NCBI GenBank assembly: GCA_965203355.1
Contig: OZ241889.1
Span: forward strand, 2,176,001 to 2,240,000
Direction: 5' to 3'
Length of the DNA: 64,000 bases
Origin: Candidatus Latescibacterota bacterium
Lineage (GTDB): Bacteria > Latescibacterota > UBA2968 > UBA8231
This document shows positions 10,209 through 19,261 of the stretch, in pieces (position 1 is the first letter of the stretch; the number at the start of each line of letters is the position of its first letter). The notes under the pieces are model-generated. The model made no database searches and was not told the origin of the DNA. It saw nothing but the letters and a program-made list of their open reading frames with translations. The translations under genes and the position numbers were made by a program.

Positions 10209-10577
10209 ATGAACAAGTCGAGATTTTTGGTATATCGAATTGGTCGTGGCTCAGGCGTGGACATCCAGATTGACCATGCTTCGGTCTCTCGTATTCACGC
10301 CGAACTCATTGCGATGCAAAGCGGCTCTTACTACCTGACCGATTGCGCCAGCAGCCGAGGTAGTTATGTTGCGCGGAACGGCGAGTGGAGACGTATCCGG
10401 CAAGAATCTATAAGCGCGACAGACGCGATTTTACTCGGTCATTATCAGACGACCGCACCCGCACTTATCGCCATGGCCGCGCCGAGGGAATGCCGTTCAG
10501 AAGAGGGTGCATCCCGGCCCCAGGGACCAGTGCGGCGCAACGCAGATACGGGTGAGATCATTGGCGAGGAGGATTGA
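10209..10577 (+). CDS. FHA domain protein
   Basis: IGRG, VSRIH, SSRGS motifs. Confidence 0.85.
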   Translation: MNKSRFLVYRIGRGSGVDIQIDHASVSRIHAELIAMQSGSYYLTDCASSRGSYVARNGEWRRIRQESISATDAILLGHYQTTAPALIAMAAPRECRSEEGASRPQGPVRRNADTGEIIGEED

Positions 10578-10578
10578 C

Positions 10579-11364
10579 ATGGCAAAAGGGCAAGGGGTAG
10601 AGCTGGAACAACGCCTAAAAGCGAGCGGCATTAGTCTGTTAGGAGGCATCATATCCATAGCGATTATGAGTCTAATTTTCGCGGATCCCGATTCCGCGGC
10701 CGGTGCTTTCTTGCTAGATCGTCACACGGAAAATTTTCCCTATCCGTTTACGATCCAAAACGTCATGTGGCTCATGTTTTGGGTCGGCTGCGGTGAACTC
10801 TGGGTGCGGTTTAACCAAGCCAAGCTGGAAATGGAGCAGGTGTCAAAACGCTATCTGCCGGAGGACGATGAGGTCATGTTGCGGGCGCGGGATTTGGGTT
10901 CCTTTTATCAAAAGGTGCGGCCTATGGCCGAGAAGCCAACCTTTTATTTGCAGCGTCTGATCATGCGCTGTATTCTACAATTTCAGGGCAGCCATTCCGT
11001 GGACCAAGCCAATTCGCTGTTGAACTCGTCCCTCGAATTATTTCAGCACGAGCTCGAACTCAAATACGCGATGTTGCGCTATCTCGTATGGCTGATACCC
11101 ACGTTGGGTTTTATCGGCACTGTGGTGGGCATCGCGTTTGCCTTGGATTATGCCGCCAACATTGAAGACCCACGGGATCCGACCTTGCTGGCCGGGATCA
11201 CAGGTCGGCTGGGCGTAGCATTTTACACGACCTTGCTGGCGTTGGTCCAATCGGCCCTGCTGGTGTTTGCGCTGCACATTGCACAGAGCCGGGAAGAGAT
11301 GGCGCTAAACCAATCCGGCCAGTACTGTTTGGACAACTTAATCAATCGGCTTTACGAGAAGTAG
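10579..11364 (+). CDS. MotA/TolQ/ExbB proton channel family protein
   Basis: PTLGFIGTVVGI and GVAFYTTLLAL motifs; GAGGAGG RBS upstream. Confidence 0.9.
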   Translation: MAKGQGVELEQRLKASGISLLGGIISIAIMSLIFADPDSAAGAFLLDRHTENFPYPFTIQNVMWLMFWVGCGELWVRFNQAKLEMEQVSKRYLPEDDEVMLRARDLGSFYQKVRPMAEKPTFYLQRLIMRCILQFQGSHSVDQANSLLNSSLELFQHELELKYAMLRYLVWLIPTLGFIGTVVGIAFALDYAANIEDPRDPTLLAGITGRLGVAFYTTLLALVQSALLVFALHIAQSREEMALNQSGQYCLDNLINRLYEK

Positions 11365-11416
11365 CTGTGGGTGAGACGCCTGTACAGCCGGTATAACCCA
11401 AAGATAGGAGGGCACC

Positions 11417-12070
11417 ATGCCTGTTTATCGCGGCCCCGACGGAAAAATCATTGAGGAGAAGACCGCTAAGCGGAAAGAGGAGACCAAACGAACAGACCTA
11501 GCCAACAGGCCGTTGCCGCCGGCACCACAAGGCAGCGAGCAACCGGCTGGTGCCGGGCGTTTAGATGCGCCCACGCAGCGGATGGGTGAAAACCGCGCTC
11601 CGGCCAGTGTCGGCGCGGAGGAGCGGACGCGCTTGGTGGGTGGACGGCGGCGGCAAGAAGATGAGGAGCGGCGGCAAGAGCGCGCCGAAGAAGATCGCGG
11701 CATGGATGATCCGGTTGTAGGATGGTTGGTGATCGTTGAGGGGCCGGGAAAAGGGCGGGCCGTGCAGTTGGGTTATGGTTCCAATCCGCTCGGCCGCGGT
11801 GCAACCGATCGCATCAAGCTGGATTTTGGCGACGATCAGATTTCGCGCAGTGGTCATGCCGTTATTACGTACGATCCACGCGGCCGAAAGTTTTACGTGC
11901 AGCACGGCGGTGGCACCAACCTGACGTATCTCGGCGACCAGCCCGTGCTCACGCCGACTGAGTTGCCGGCGCTGAGTCACATCAACGTCGGTAATACGGT
12001 TCTTCGTTTCGTACCGCTGTGCGGTGCCGAGTTTGATTGGCAAGAGCCAGAAGGTAGTGAAGCGCGATGA
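11417..12070 (+). CDS. FHA domain protein with disordered N-terminus
   Basis: PVVGWLVIVEGPGKG, LGRG, ISRSGH, TNLT. Confidence 0.85.
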   Translation: MPVYRGPDGKIIEEKTAKRKEETKRTDLANRPLPPAPQGSEQPAGAGRLDAPTQRMGENRAPASVGAEERTRLVGGRRRQEDEERRQERAEEDRGMDDPVVGWLVIVEGPGKGRAVQLGYGSNPLGRGATDRIKLDFGDDQISRSGHAVITYDPRGRKFYVQHGGGTNLTYLGDQPVLTPTELPALSHINVGNTVLRFVPLCGAEFDWQEPEGSEAR

Positions 12071-13164
12071 ACGAACTAGACGGACGCTTTGCCGCGCGGC
12101 AAATTCCCGGCAAACGGGAGTATCAAGAGGATGATTACGGCCTGCTGGACGGGCGCGACCTCGGCCTGGATGGCAGCGAGCACACCATGTTGTTGGTGGC
12201 CGATGGCATGGGCGGTCACGTGGGCGGCGCGACGGCTAGCGGCCTTTTGAGTAAGACCTTTGTCGAGGCGTATCCGCTGGCATCCGGGCCCATTGTCGAT
12301 CGGCTCAGGGATTGTCTCGAAGGGGCGAATAAAGCCATCGCCGATGCTATTACCAAAAATCCCGAACTCGACAGCATGGGTTCGACCTTGGTCGCGGCGG
12401 TTGTTTCAAGCGAAGGGCTGAACTGGATCAGCGTGGGCGACTCGCCGTTGTGGTTGTTCCGCGAGGGGCAATTGGAGCGTTTGAATGCAGACCACTCTAT
12501 GGCTCCGGTTCTGGCGGATCTCGTGGCAACCGGGCGTATGACCGCAGAGGAAGCGGCTCTGGATCCGCGGCGGCATTCGCTGCGGTCGGCGGTCATGGGC
12601 GATGACATACATTTGGTTGACGTGTCGTCGCAGCCGGTAGCTGTAAAGCAGGATGACCGGCTGCTATTGGCGAGTGATGGTTTGATGACCCTCAGCGAGC
12701 AAGAGATTGCCGCTATTCTAAAGGAAACGCAAGACGCGTCGTTGGAGGATAGTGCTGCGGCCCTCATCCAAGCAGTGGAAACTGCCGAACAGCCCCACCA
12801 AGACAATACGACTGTCTTGTTGTACGCGCCGGCCGTGGGGACGAAATCGGCGGCGGCTGTTGACGAGAGAGAAGCTGCTCAGGACAAGCCGCGATCAGGC
12901 CGAAAACGCTGGGGCAGACTGTTAGGGATGTTACTATGCGTTGTTGTCTTATGGGGGGTGCTTTATTGGCTTAGGCAGGGCGAAGATGTGGCTGAAGATG
13001 TGGCTGTTGAGCCGCCAGCGGCAACGTCTGATGTTCAACGATCAATAGGAGCCGACGCCAAAGAGAATGCCCCGGCTTCTCAGGAGGAGGTGACAAGAGA
13101 CAGCATGCGTGTGGGCGAGAAAGTCGAACTTAACGAGCCACAAGAAGGAACAAGCTATGAGTGA
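12067..13164 (+). CDS. PP2C-family Ser/Thr phosphatase with C-terminal TM
   Basis: QED, VADGMGGH, MGST, VGDS, ASDGL, DNTT motifs. Confidence 0.95.
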   Translation: MNELDGRFAARQIPGKREYQEDDYGLLDGRDLGLDGSEHTMLLVADGMGGHVGGATASGLLSKTFVEAYPLASGPIVDRLRDCLEGANKAIADAITKNPELDSMGSTLVAAVVSSEGLNWISVGDSPLWLFREGQLERLNADHSMAPVLADLVATGRMTAEEAALDPRRHSLRSAVMGDDIHLVDVSSQPVAVKQDDRLLLASDGLMTLSEQEIAAILKETQDASLEDSAAALIQAVETAEQPHQDNTTVLLYAPAVGTKSAAAVDEREAAQDKPRSGRKRWGRLLGMLLCVVVLWGVLYWLRQGEDVAEDVAVEPPAATSDVQRSIGADAKENAPASQEEVTRDSMRVGEKVELNEPQEGTSYE

Positions 13165-14239
13165 GGAACAGCATCGCTTGGCGTTGCCCCAAGGGACGCG
13201 CATACGGGATTTTGAGTTTCATCGGGTCCTTGGCCACGGCGGTTTTGGCATCACCTATCTGGGGTGGAACGTCACGTTGGATATTCCCGTGGCGATCAAG
13301 GAGTATCTGCCGGCCGACTTGGCGACCCGGGAACAAGACCTGTCGGTTGTGCCCCAGACGTCGCAGGCGGCGGCGGATTTTCAATGGGGTTTGGATCGGT
13401 TCTTGGACGAGGCGCGGACGCTGGCGTGCTTTCAGCATCCCAGTATCGTCCGTGTGCATCACTTTTTTGCGGCGCATAGCACGGCTTACATTGTGATGGA
13501 CTATGTGGAAGGGGAGGACTTGTCGGCGTATCTGACGCGCAAAGGGACGCTGACCGAAGCCGAACTCAAGGCAATTCTATATCCGCTTTTGGACGGTTTG
13601 GCGGTCGTGCATGGCGCGGATTTTCTGCATCGTGACATCAAGCCGGGCAACATCGTCCTGCGGGATTCGGATGGCTCGCCGGTGCTGTTGGATTTTGGCG
13701 CGGCGCGTCAGGCGATCGGGGCTAAGAGTCGTTCGGTTACGTCTATCGTAACGCCGGGGTATGCGCCGATAGAGCAGTATTCGAGTCGGGGTCGTCAGGG
13801 TGCTTGGACGGACATTTATGCGTTGGGTGGGGTGTGCTATCGGGCGTTGACGGGAGATGTGCCGGCGGATGCGACGGATCGGGTTCGTCATGATCCGCTG
13901 GTTGCGGTCTCGCAGCGGTGTGCGGGGCGTGCGAGTGCTGGGTTTCTTTCGGCGGTTGATGAGGCGTTGTCGGTGGATGAGGGGGATCGTCCGCAGAGTA
14001 TTGTGGCGTGGCGGACAGCGTTGGGGGCGGAAGGGGTGGCAGGAAAGAGGCGGGAGACAGGAGGTGCCTCAGACGTGCAGCGTAAGGAGTCACGGCCGCG
14101 TCCTAGTGAGCCGGTTGTGAGAGCTGAACGGTCTGGCAATAAAGAAGAGGAAAGGGGTTGTATTGATAAAGGTCTTAGGATGTGTGGGATGCTATTTTTG
14201 TTTTTGATCGGCCTTATTATTTTGGTCAATAGTTGCTGA
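13157..14239 (+). CDS. Ser/Thr kinase with C-terminal membrane anchor
   Basis: Kinase motifs near-identical to those of the kinases at 4671 and 2579; terminal TM helix. Confidence 0.93.
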   Translation: MSEEQHRLALPQGTRIRDFEFHRVLGHGGFGITYLGWNVTLDIPVAIKEYLPADLATREQDLSVVPQTSQAAADFQWGLDRFLDEARTLACFQHPSIVRVHHFFAAHSTAYIVMDYVEGEDLSAYLTRKGTLTEAELKAILYPLLDGLAVVHGADFLHRDIKPGNIVLRDSDGSPVLLDFGAARQAIGAKSRSVTSIVTPGYAPIEQYSSRGRQGAWTDIYALGGVCYRALTGDVPADATDRVRHDPLVAVSQRCAGRASAGFLSAVDEALSVDEGDRPQSIVAWRTALGAEGVAGKRRETGGASDVQRKESRPRPSEPVVRAERSGNKEEERGCIDKGLRMCGMLFLFLIGLIILVNSC

Positions 14240-14260
14240 CAACCTCCCCGAACTTTTACA

Positions 14261-14354
14261 GAGAGGTTATGGACAAACAACACCTATCTTTAATCGTGCA
14301 TTTCACAGTGGCTTGATTCCTTTGCACAAGTCCCGTCTCGGTGTAAGAAGTCGA
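14261..14354 (+). pseudogene. Degenerate copy of the RBS and 5' end of the 6324 trypsin-FHA gene
   Basis: GAGAGGTTATG followed by MDKQHLSLIVHFTVA*, versus MNKQYLSFIVHFAIAW at 6324. Confidence 0.8.
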
Positions 14355-14410
14355 CCTTGTTTGATGAAATGGAATCACGCGCCAGCCATTACTCGCAAAA
14401 AGGAGAAGCT

Positions 14411-15256
14411 ATGTTTCGCTCGCTGTCGCCGGGGGCTATCGGCGTCAATGTAGAAAACCTCGCAGACGGGCTTGACTTGGCCGCGCGACACGGGTTTGCC
14501 GGCTATCACTTTAGCATCGGTGAAGTCGCGGTCCTGGGCGCCGAAGAAGCCCTCGCGTTAGCCGAGCGCCGAGGGGTGCGGCTGTCGGCGTGGGGATTCC
14601 CCGTTGATTTTCGCGGGGAGGAGGCCGCCTATCAACGGAGCTTGGCGCAGTTGCCCGCGTTGGCCAAGCTCGCAGCGGCGTTGGGGGTGCGGCGGACCGC
14701 GACTTGGATTATGCCGACCTCGGACGAACTGACGTACCAAGAAAACTTTGCCTTTCACGTCGAGCGGTTGCGGCCGGCCGCGGCCATACTCGCCGACGAA
14801 GGGGTGCGGCTGGGTTTGGAATATGTCGCGCCGAAAACGCTATGGACGAGCAAAAAGTACGAGTTTGTCCACGCGATGGCGCAAATGGAGGAACTGTGCC
14901 AAGCCGTGGGCGAAAACGCGGGCTTGCTGCTCGATAGCTGGCATTGGTACACGGCCCGCGAGGCGGCTGAGGATGTGCGCCGCTTGCATCCCCAGCAAGT
15001 GGTGGATGTCCACGTCAACGACGCACCGGCCAACGTAGAAATTGACGATCAGCTCGACCAAGTGCGCGAATTGCCCGGGGCGACTGGCGTAATCGACATC
15101 GCGGCGTTCCTCGGTGCGTTGCAGCACATTGGCTACGACGGCCCGGTCATGGTCGAGCCGTTCAGCGAACAGGTGCGCGCCATGAATCGAGAAGAGGCGG
15201 TGGCGACTACGGCCGCCGCGCTGGGCCGCGTGTGGGCGCAAGCCGGACTTGTGTGA
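14411..15256 (+). CDS. Sugar phosphate isomerase/epimerase (AP endonuclease 2 TIM barrel)
   Basis: LGLEY, LLLDSWHW, VHVND, GYDGPVMVE motifs. Confidence 0.85.
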   Translation: MFRSLSPGAIGVNVENLADGLDLAARHGFAGYHFSIGEVAVLGAEEALALAERRGVRLSAWGFPVDFRGEEAAYQRSLAQLPALAKLAAALGVRRTATWIMPTSDELTYQENFAFHVERLRPAAAILADEGVRLGLEYVAPKTLWTSKKYEFVHAMAQMEELCQAVGENAGLLLDSWHWYTAREAAEDVRRLHPQQVVDVHVNDAPANVEIDDQLDQVRELPGATGVIDIAAFLGALQHIGYDGPVMVEPFSEQVRAMNREEAVATTAAALGRVWAQAGLV

Positions 15257-17009
15257 CGTGGAAACTCGCACCATTGAATGCGACATCTTGGTTTTGGGCG
15301 GCGGTTTGGGCGGCGTGGCGGCGGCCGTGCGCGCCGCGCGCTTGGGCTACCGGGTCTGCCTGACCGAAGAAAACCCGTGGATTGGTGGCCAAGCCACCAG
15401 CCAAGGCGTCGCCGCCCTAGACGAGCATCCGCACATAGAGCACTTTGGCGGCACCGCCCTGTACGGCGAGTTCCGCGCTGGCATCCGCGCGTTCTATCGC
15501 CGCAAGTACAAACTGAAAAACCCCGACGACCCGCACTTCAACCCCGGGGCTGGCTGGGTCTCTGCCCTGTGCTTTGAGCCGCGCGCCGGTCTAACGGCCC
15601 TGCTGTCGTTGATCGCACCGCAGGTTGAAGCCGGTCGCCTGATGCTGTTTTACCGCGCCCGTGTGGCTGCCGTTCACGTCCAAGGCCAGTCCATCCACGC
15701 CCTAGAGGTCATCCAAGATGGCGGCCCGCACGTCTTGCGCTTTGCCCCGGCGTATGTGCTCGACGCCACCGAATTGGGCGACCTGCTACCCTTGTTGCCG
15801 GTCCCCTACGTTTCTGGTGCTGAAAGCCGCGCCCAGACCGGTGAGCCGCACGCCCGCGCTGAAGGCCCGGCCCCGCAGCTAACCCAGTCTTTTACCTGCC
15901 CGTTTGCAGTTGATTTCTGCCCTGGTCAAGATCACACCATCCCCCGCCCGCCCAACTACGAGCACCACCGCGACCAGCAGCCCTACACCTTGACCTTGCA
16001 GTACGCCCGCGGCCAGCGCACCTACCGATTTTTTGAGACCGCTGGCGATTTGCCCGGCTCCTTTTGGGCCTACCGCCGCTTGTTGTGCGCCGATCAATTC
16101 GCCGCCGGTCAGGTGCCTGGGGACGTGGCGTTGATCAACTGGCAGGGCAATGACTACACCGGCGGCACCCTCATTGACGTGCCGCCCGCTGAGCAAGCGC
16201 AACAGATAGCAGCGGCCAAGGAATTGAGCTTGGGCTTGTTGTACTGGCTGCAAACTGAGGTGCCGCGTGACGGCGGCGGGCGCGGTTATCCCGAGCTGAG
16301 GCTGCGCCCCGACATCATGGGGACTGCCGACGGCTTCTCCCAGTATCCCTACATCCGCGAGTCCCGGCGCATTGAAGCGCGCAAGACCATTGTCGAGCAA
16401 GAAGTCGCTGCTCCGCACCAACCCCATGCGCGTGCCGCTCCTTTTAGCGACAGCGTCGGCGTGGGCTGGTACGCCATCGATATCCACGGCCAAGCCACCG
16501 ACGTGGTGTACACCGCGCCTACCAAGCCCTTCCAGATCCCGTTGGGTGCGCTCGTGTCGCGGCACTTGGACAACCTGTTGGCGGCCGGCAAAAACATCGG
16601 CACCACGCACATCACCAATGGCTGCTACCGCTTGCATCCCGTGGAATGGAATATCGGCGAGGCCGCTGGTGCGTTGGCTGCGTTTTGCTTGGGACAGCAA
16701 CGGACTCCAGCGGAGGTGTGCAGCAGCGCGGCTTGGTGCCGTCAGTACCAGCAGACCTTGCTGACGGCTGGCGTGCCGCTGTATTGGTATGAAGATGTGC
16801 CGCTTGGGCATCCGGCCTTTGCAGCCGTACAGATGCTGGCCGTGGCGGGGATATGGCCGGGCTGCGCCGATCATTTGCGCTTCGATCCAGACGCCTTGGC
16901 CGACGCGCCCGTCGAGCGTCTGCGGGCGGCCGGGCTGTCGCCGGACCTGGCGGGCCGCGAGCCTATAACGCGCGAGGACTTGGCGCGCCGGATGGCCCAG
17001 CATTTGTAA
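15249..17009 (+). CDS. FAD-dependent oxidoreductase with C-terminal SLH-like segment
   Basis: LVLGGGLGGVAAA, DATELGD, YIRESRR, YRLHPVEWNIGE. Confidence 0.85.
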   Translation: MCDVETRTIECDILVLGGGLGGVAAAVRAARLGYRVCLTEENPWIGGQATSQGVAALDEHPHIEHFGGTALYGEFRAGIRAFYRRKYKLKNPDDPHFNPGAGWVSALCFEPRAGLTALLSLIAPQVEAGRLMLFYRARVAAVHVQGQSIHALEVIQDGGPHVLRFAPAYVLDATELGDLLPLLPVPYVSGAESRAQTGEPHARAEGPAPQLTQSFTCPFAVDFCPGQDHTIPRPPNYEHHRDQQPYTLTLQYARGQRTYRFFETAGDLPGSFWAYRRLLCADQFAAGQVPGDVALINWQGNDYTGGTLIDVPPAEQAQQIAAAKELSLGLLYWLQTEVPRDGGGRGYPELRLRPDIMGTADGFSQYPYIRESRRIEARKTIVEQEVAAPHQPHARAAPFSDSVGVGWYAIDIHGQATDVVYTAPTKPFQIPLGALVSRHLDNLLAAGKNIGTTHITNGCYRLHPVEWNIGEAAGALAAFCLGQQRTPAEVCSSAAWCRQYQQTLLTAGVPLYWYEDVPLGHPAFAAVQMLAVAGIWPGCADHLRFDPDALADAPVERLRAAGLSPDLAGREPITREDLARRMAQHL

Positions 17010-17041
17010 CGGATAATCCGATGGCGTAAATTTAAACGAGA

Positions 17042-17117
<76 letters not shown>

Positions 17118-17134
17118 ACCTTTTTCTTCAGTGT

Positions 17135-17223
17135 GCCTTACTTCGCCAATCCCCGCTCGGCCTTCTGCTCAAAATCTCGCATCTCGTCCGCCCCGTCCAA
17201 CACGCCGATTTCCATGTTGAACT
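17135..17223 (-). repeat. 89-bp direct repeat of the 3' end of the 19262-20350 gene (other copy 19259-19347)
   Basis: One mismatch between the copies (aaaatctc vs aaagtctc). Confidence 0.92.
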
Positions 17224-17340
17224 ATGGTCGAGGTGAGGATGGAGTGGTTGCCGTGAGCTAGGGTGCAGCCGGGGAGACAGGATGGGGCGTAAAATGCGGG
17301 TCGTCGCTGGTAGCCAACTGAATCCACGATTCCGAATTCA

Positions 17341-17844
17341 TCAAAGCGTCCGATCAGCCCGTTCCATAAGTTCTGGGCACAGAAATGACACTTTGATGCC
17401 GTGTCGATCCAAGACATTGCGATAGTTCCACCAGTCCGTGTCCGAGGCGTTGAGTATCGGAGGGTTGGTTTTGCTCGATAGTGCCACAGCGACAAACTTT
17501 CTGTCATCTCGGTCGAAGTTGGCAAGAGCAGAATCATCTGGGAACTCTGCAAAGCCGTGGTCTGTGTGCGGTGTTACTGCTACTTTGCGGCAGTGTTCAG
17601 GATTAGCCTGATTAAAAAAAAGCCACTTAAAAAAGGAGTCACCCATCCCGGGATGTCCGCTGAAACTCAGTGTCTTCTGATATTCGTCAAGTATCAATCC
17701 ATCCGAGTCAAGCACTACTACACATCCATTAACTACGCGCTCCAGTTCAGCAATGCATCGTTCAACACATTCATCACTTGCTTGTTGAGCAAAACCATTG
17801 GCAACTACTGCGACATTCGTATCCACTATGACCTCCGACATCAC
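17341..17844 (-). CDS. PIN-like domain protein
   Basis: VIVDTNV, ILDEY, DRDDRKFVAVA, SDTDW acidic PIN-type residues. Confidence 0.7.
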   Translation of the reverse strand: MMSEVIVDTNVAVVANGFAQQASDECVERCIAELERVVNGCVVVLDSDGLILDEYQKTLSFSGHPGMGDSFFKWLFFNQANPEHCRKVAVTPHTDHGFAEFPDDSALANFDRDDRKFVAVALSSKTNPPILNASDTDWWNYRNVLDRHGIKVSFLCPELMERADRTL

Positions 17845-19187
17845 GAGGTCCTATCGCGCTTGCGTTGTAGTGCAGCTTTACTCATGGCAGCGATTTCGCC
17901 AAACTGGTCACCAAAAAAATTTTGCGGCCAGTTAACGATATGGCCGAATAGGTCGAGTTTGAGTTCCGTGATATTCGAGCGCGTCCTATTTGTCTCGCAG
18001 AAATACAGTCCGATTGCTTCCTCTTTGACCTTGCCCTCAGCAAGCCGCCGCTGCAAACGATTCAACAGGTGTTCGCTGTGACTCTCTAGAATGACTTGCA
18101 CCCGTCGTTTGTCCCATGTGTCAATCAATATGTCCGCGAGACCCGCTTGGACTGCGGGATGTAGGTGGATTTCAGGTTGTTCTAGAATGATGGTAGAGTG
18201 CTCTGGCACATAGAAACACAGCACCAGTACGGGAAGGATTTGCGAGACACCGAAGCCGACATCGGTGATGAGGACCTCGGCTGCCTCCGAAGTACGGCGA
18301 ACCTTGACCGCAAAAACTGGGCTTCCTTCGGCAAGAGGTTCGACGCGGAAGTCGTGGATGAGTCCGAGCTTTTTGAGCCATTCCGCAACGTACTCCTCAA
18401 GGGTAAGGCGTCTATAGCCTCGACCGCGACTGATCTTATCACCTCGTTCCCGTGAGGCAAGGATCGCATCCACAACGAATTCCCCTGCCTGACCCACATC
18501 GATTGGTTGTGCTCCAGTCCAGGTATATCGACGCTCGGGGTAGGCACGTAGCGGACCAAGATAGTACACATCCTTCAGACGTTCTTCGAGTGCTAGTTCG
18601 AGATCGGCTACAAAGCCGGCATTTTGAAAGTAGGCTCGTGCTTGGTCTGGAAAGCCGTAACATTTGGTGGGCGCAGGCAATGGCCATTTCCGTCCCATAG
18701 CATGGACAAAGCTGAAATCTGTCCCGTGCGAAAAGAGTTCATACTGGGGTTTGTTCCCTGAGCTCCGGCGCATACCGAAAGTGGCGTCGCCGACGCGATA
18801 CGCCATTTCACGTACAATCTGTTCAGCCTGAGTCCGGAAGCCAAGCTGCTCGCTGTCGGCGACGACCTGATTGGCGTTCTTTGAGTTGACCACTTTGAAG
18901 GGGCGGGCGACTTTCCAGTCGATCTCCATGTCCAAGAAACCATTCGCATCGTGCCCATGAACGGTGCTTTGGAAGTCGCCCAAGTCTGCCGGCGTCTTTC
19001 TGTCGCCAAAATTGAAGACCAGTGAACGGTCTGGCGAATCGGCTGTCTGCTTTAGGAGGAGAAGAGCTTGGATCAGGCTCGTCTTGCCGGAACTATTCGT
19101 TCCGAAGATTCCCGTGATTGGGCGCAGGTTGATATCGCCGGTATCGGGCCAGGACTTGAAGCCCTTTAGACGTAGATGAGTTAGCAT
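17841..19187 (-). CDS. AAA_15/AAA_21 ABC-type ATPase with DUF3696-like C-terminus
   Basis: GFKS, GTNSSGKT, VGFGVSQILP, LEQPEIHLHP, ESHSEH, terminal WPQNFF. Confidence 0.85.
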   Translation of the reverse strand: MLTHLRLKGFKSWPDTGDINLRPITGIFGTNSSGKTSLIQALLLLKQTADSPDRSLVFNFGDRKTPADLGDFQSTVHGHDANGFLDMEIDWKVARPFKVVNSKNANQVVADSEQLGFRTQAEQIVREMAYRVGDATFGMRRSSGNKPQYELFSHGTDFSFVHAMGRKWPLPAPTKCYGFPDQARAYFQNAGFVADLELALEERLKDVYYLGPLRAYPERRYTWTGAQPIDVGQAGEFVVDAILASRERGDKISRGRGYRRLTLEEYVAEWLKKLGLIHDFRVEPLAEGSPVFAVKVRRTSEAAEVLITDVGFGVSQILPVLVLCFYVPEHSTIILEQPEIHLHPAVQAGLADILIDTWDKRRVQVILESHSEHLLNRLQRRLAEGKVKEEAIGLYFCETNRTRSNITELKLDLFGHIVNWPQNFFGDQFGEIAAMSKAALQRKRDRTS

Positions 19188-19261
19188 TAGAACGTCTCCT
19201 TCACGAGATGTCGGTCATTGACGTACATTTCTCTTTGATTCCGCTAACGCCCAGCGTGGCC

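Noticed and set aside
10209-14239. T6SS regulatory module (Fha/PpkA/PppA)
   Set aside because: No T6SS structural genes in the window
15879-17003. Long antisense/alternative-frame ORFs (this one, 36353-37297, 49809-50621 and similar)
   Set aside because: Shadow ORFs of GC-rich genes that have clear family motifs in another frame
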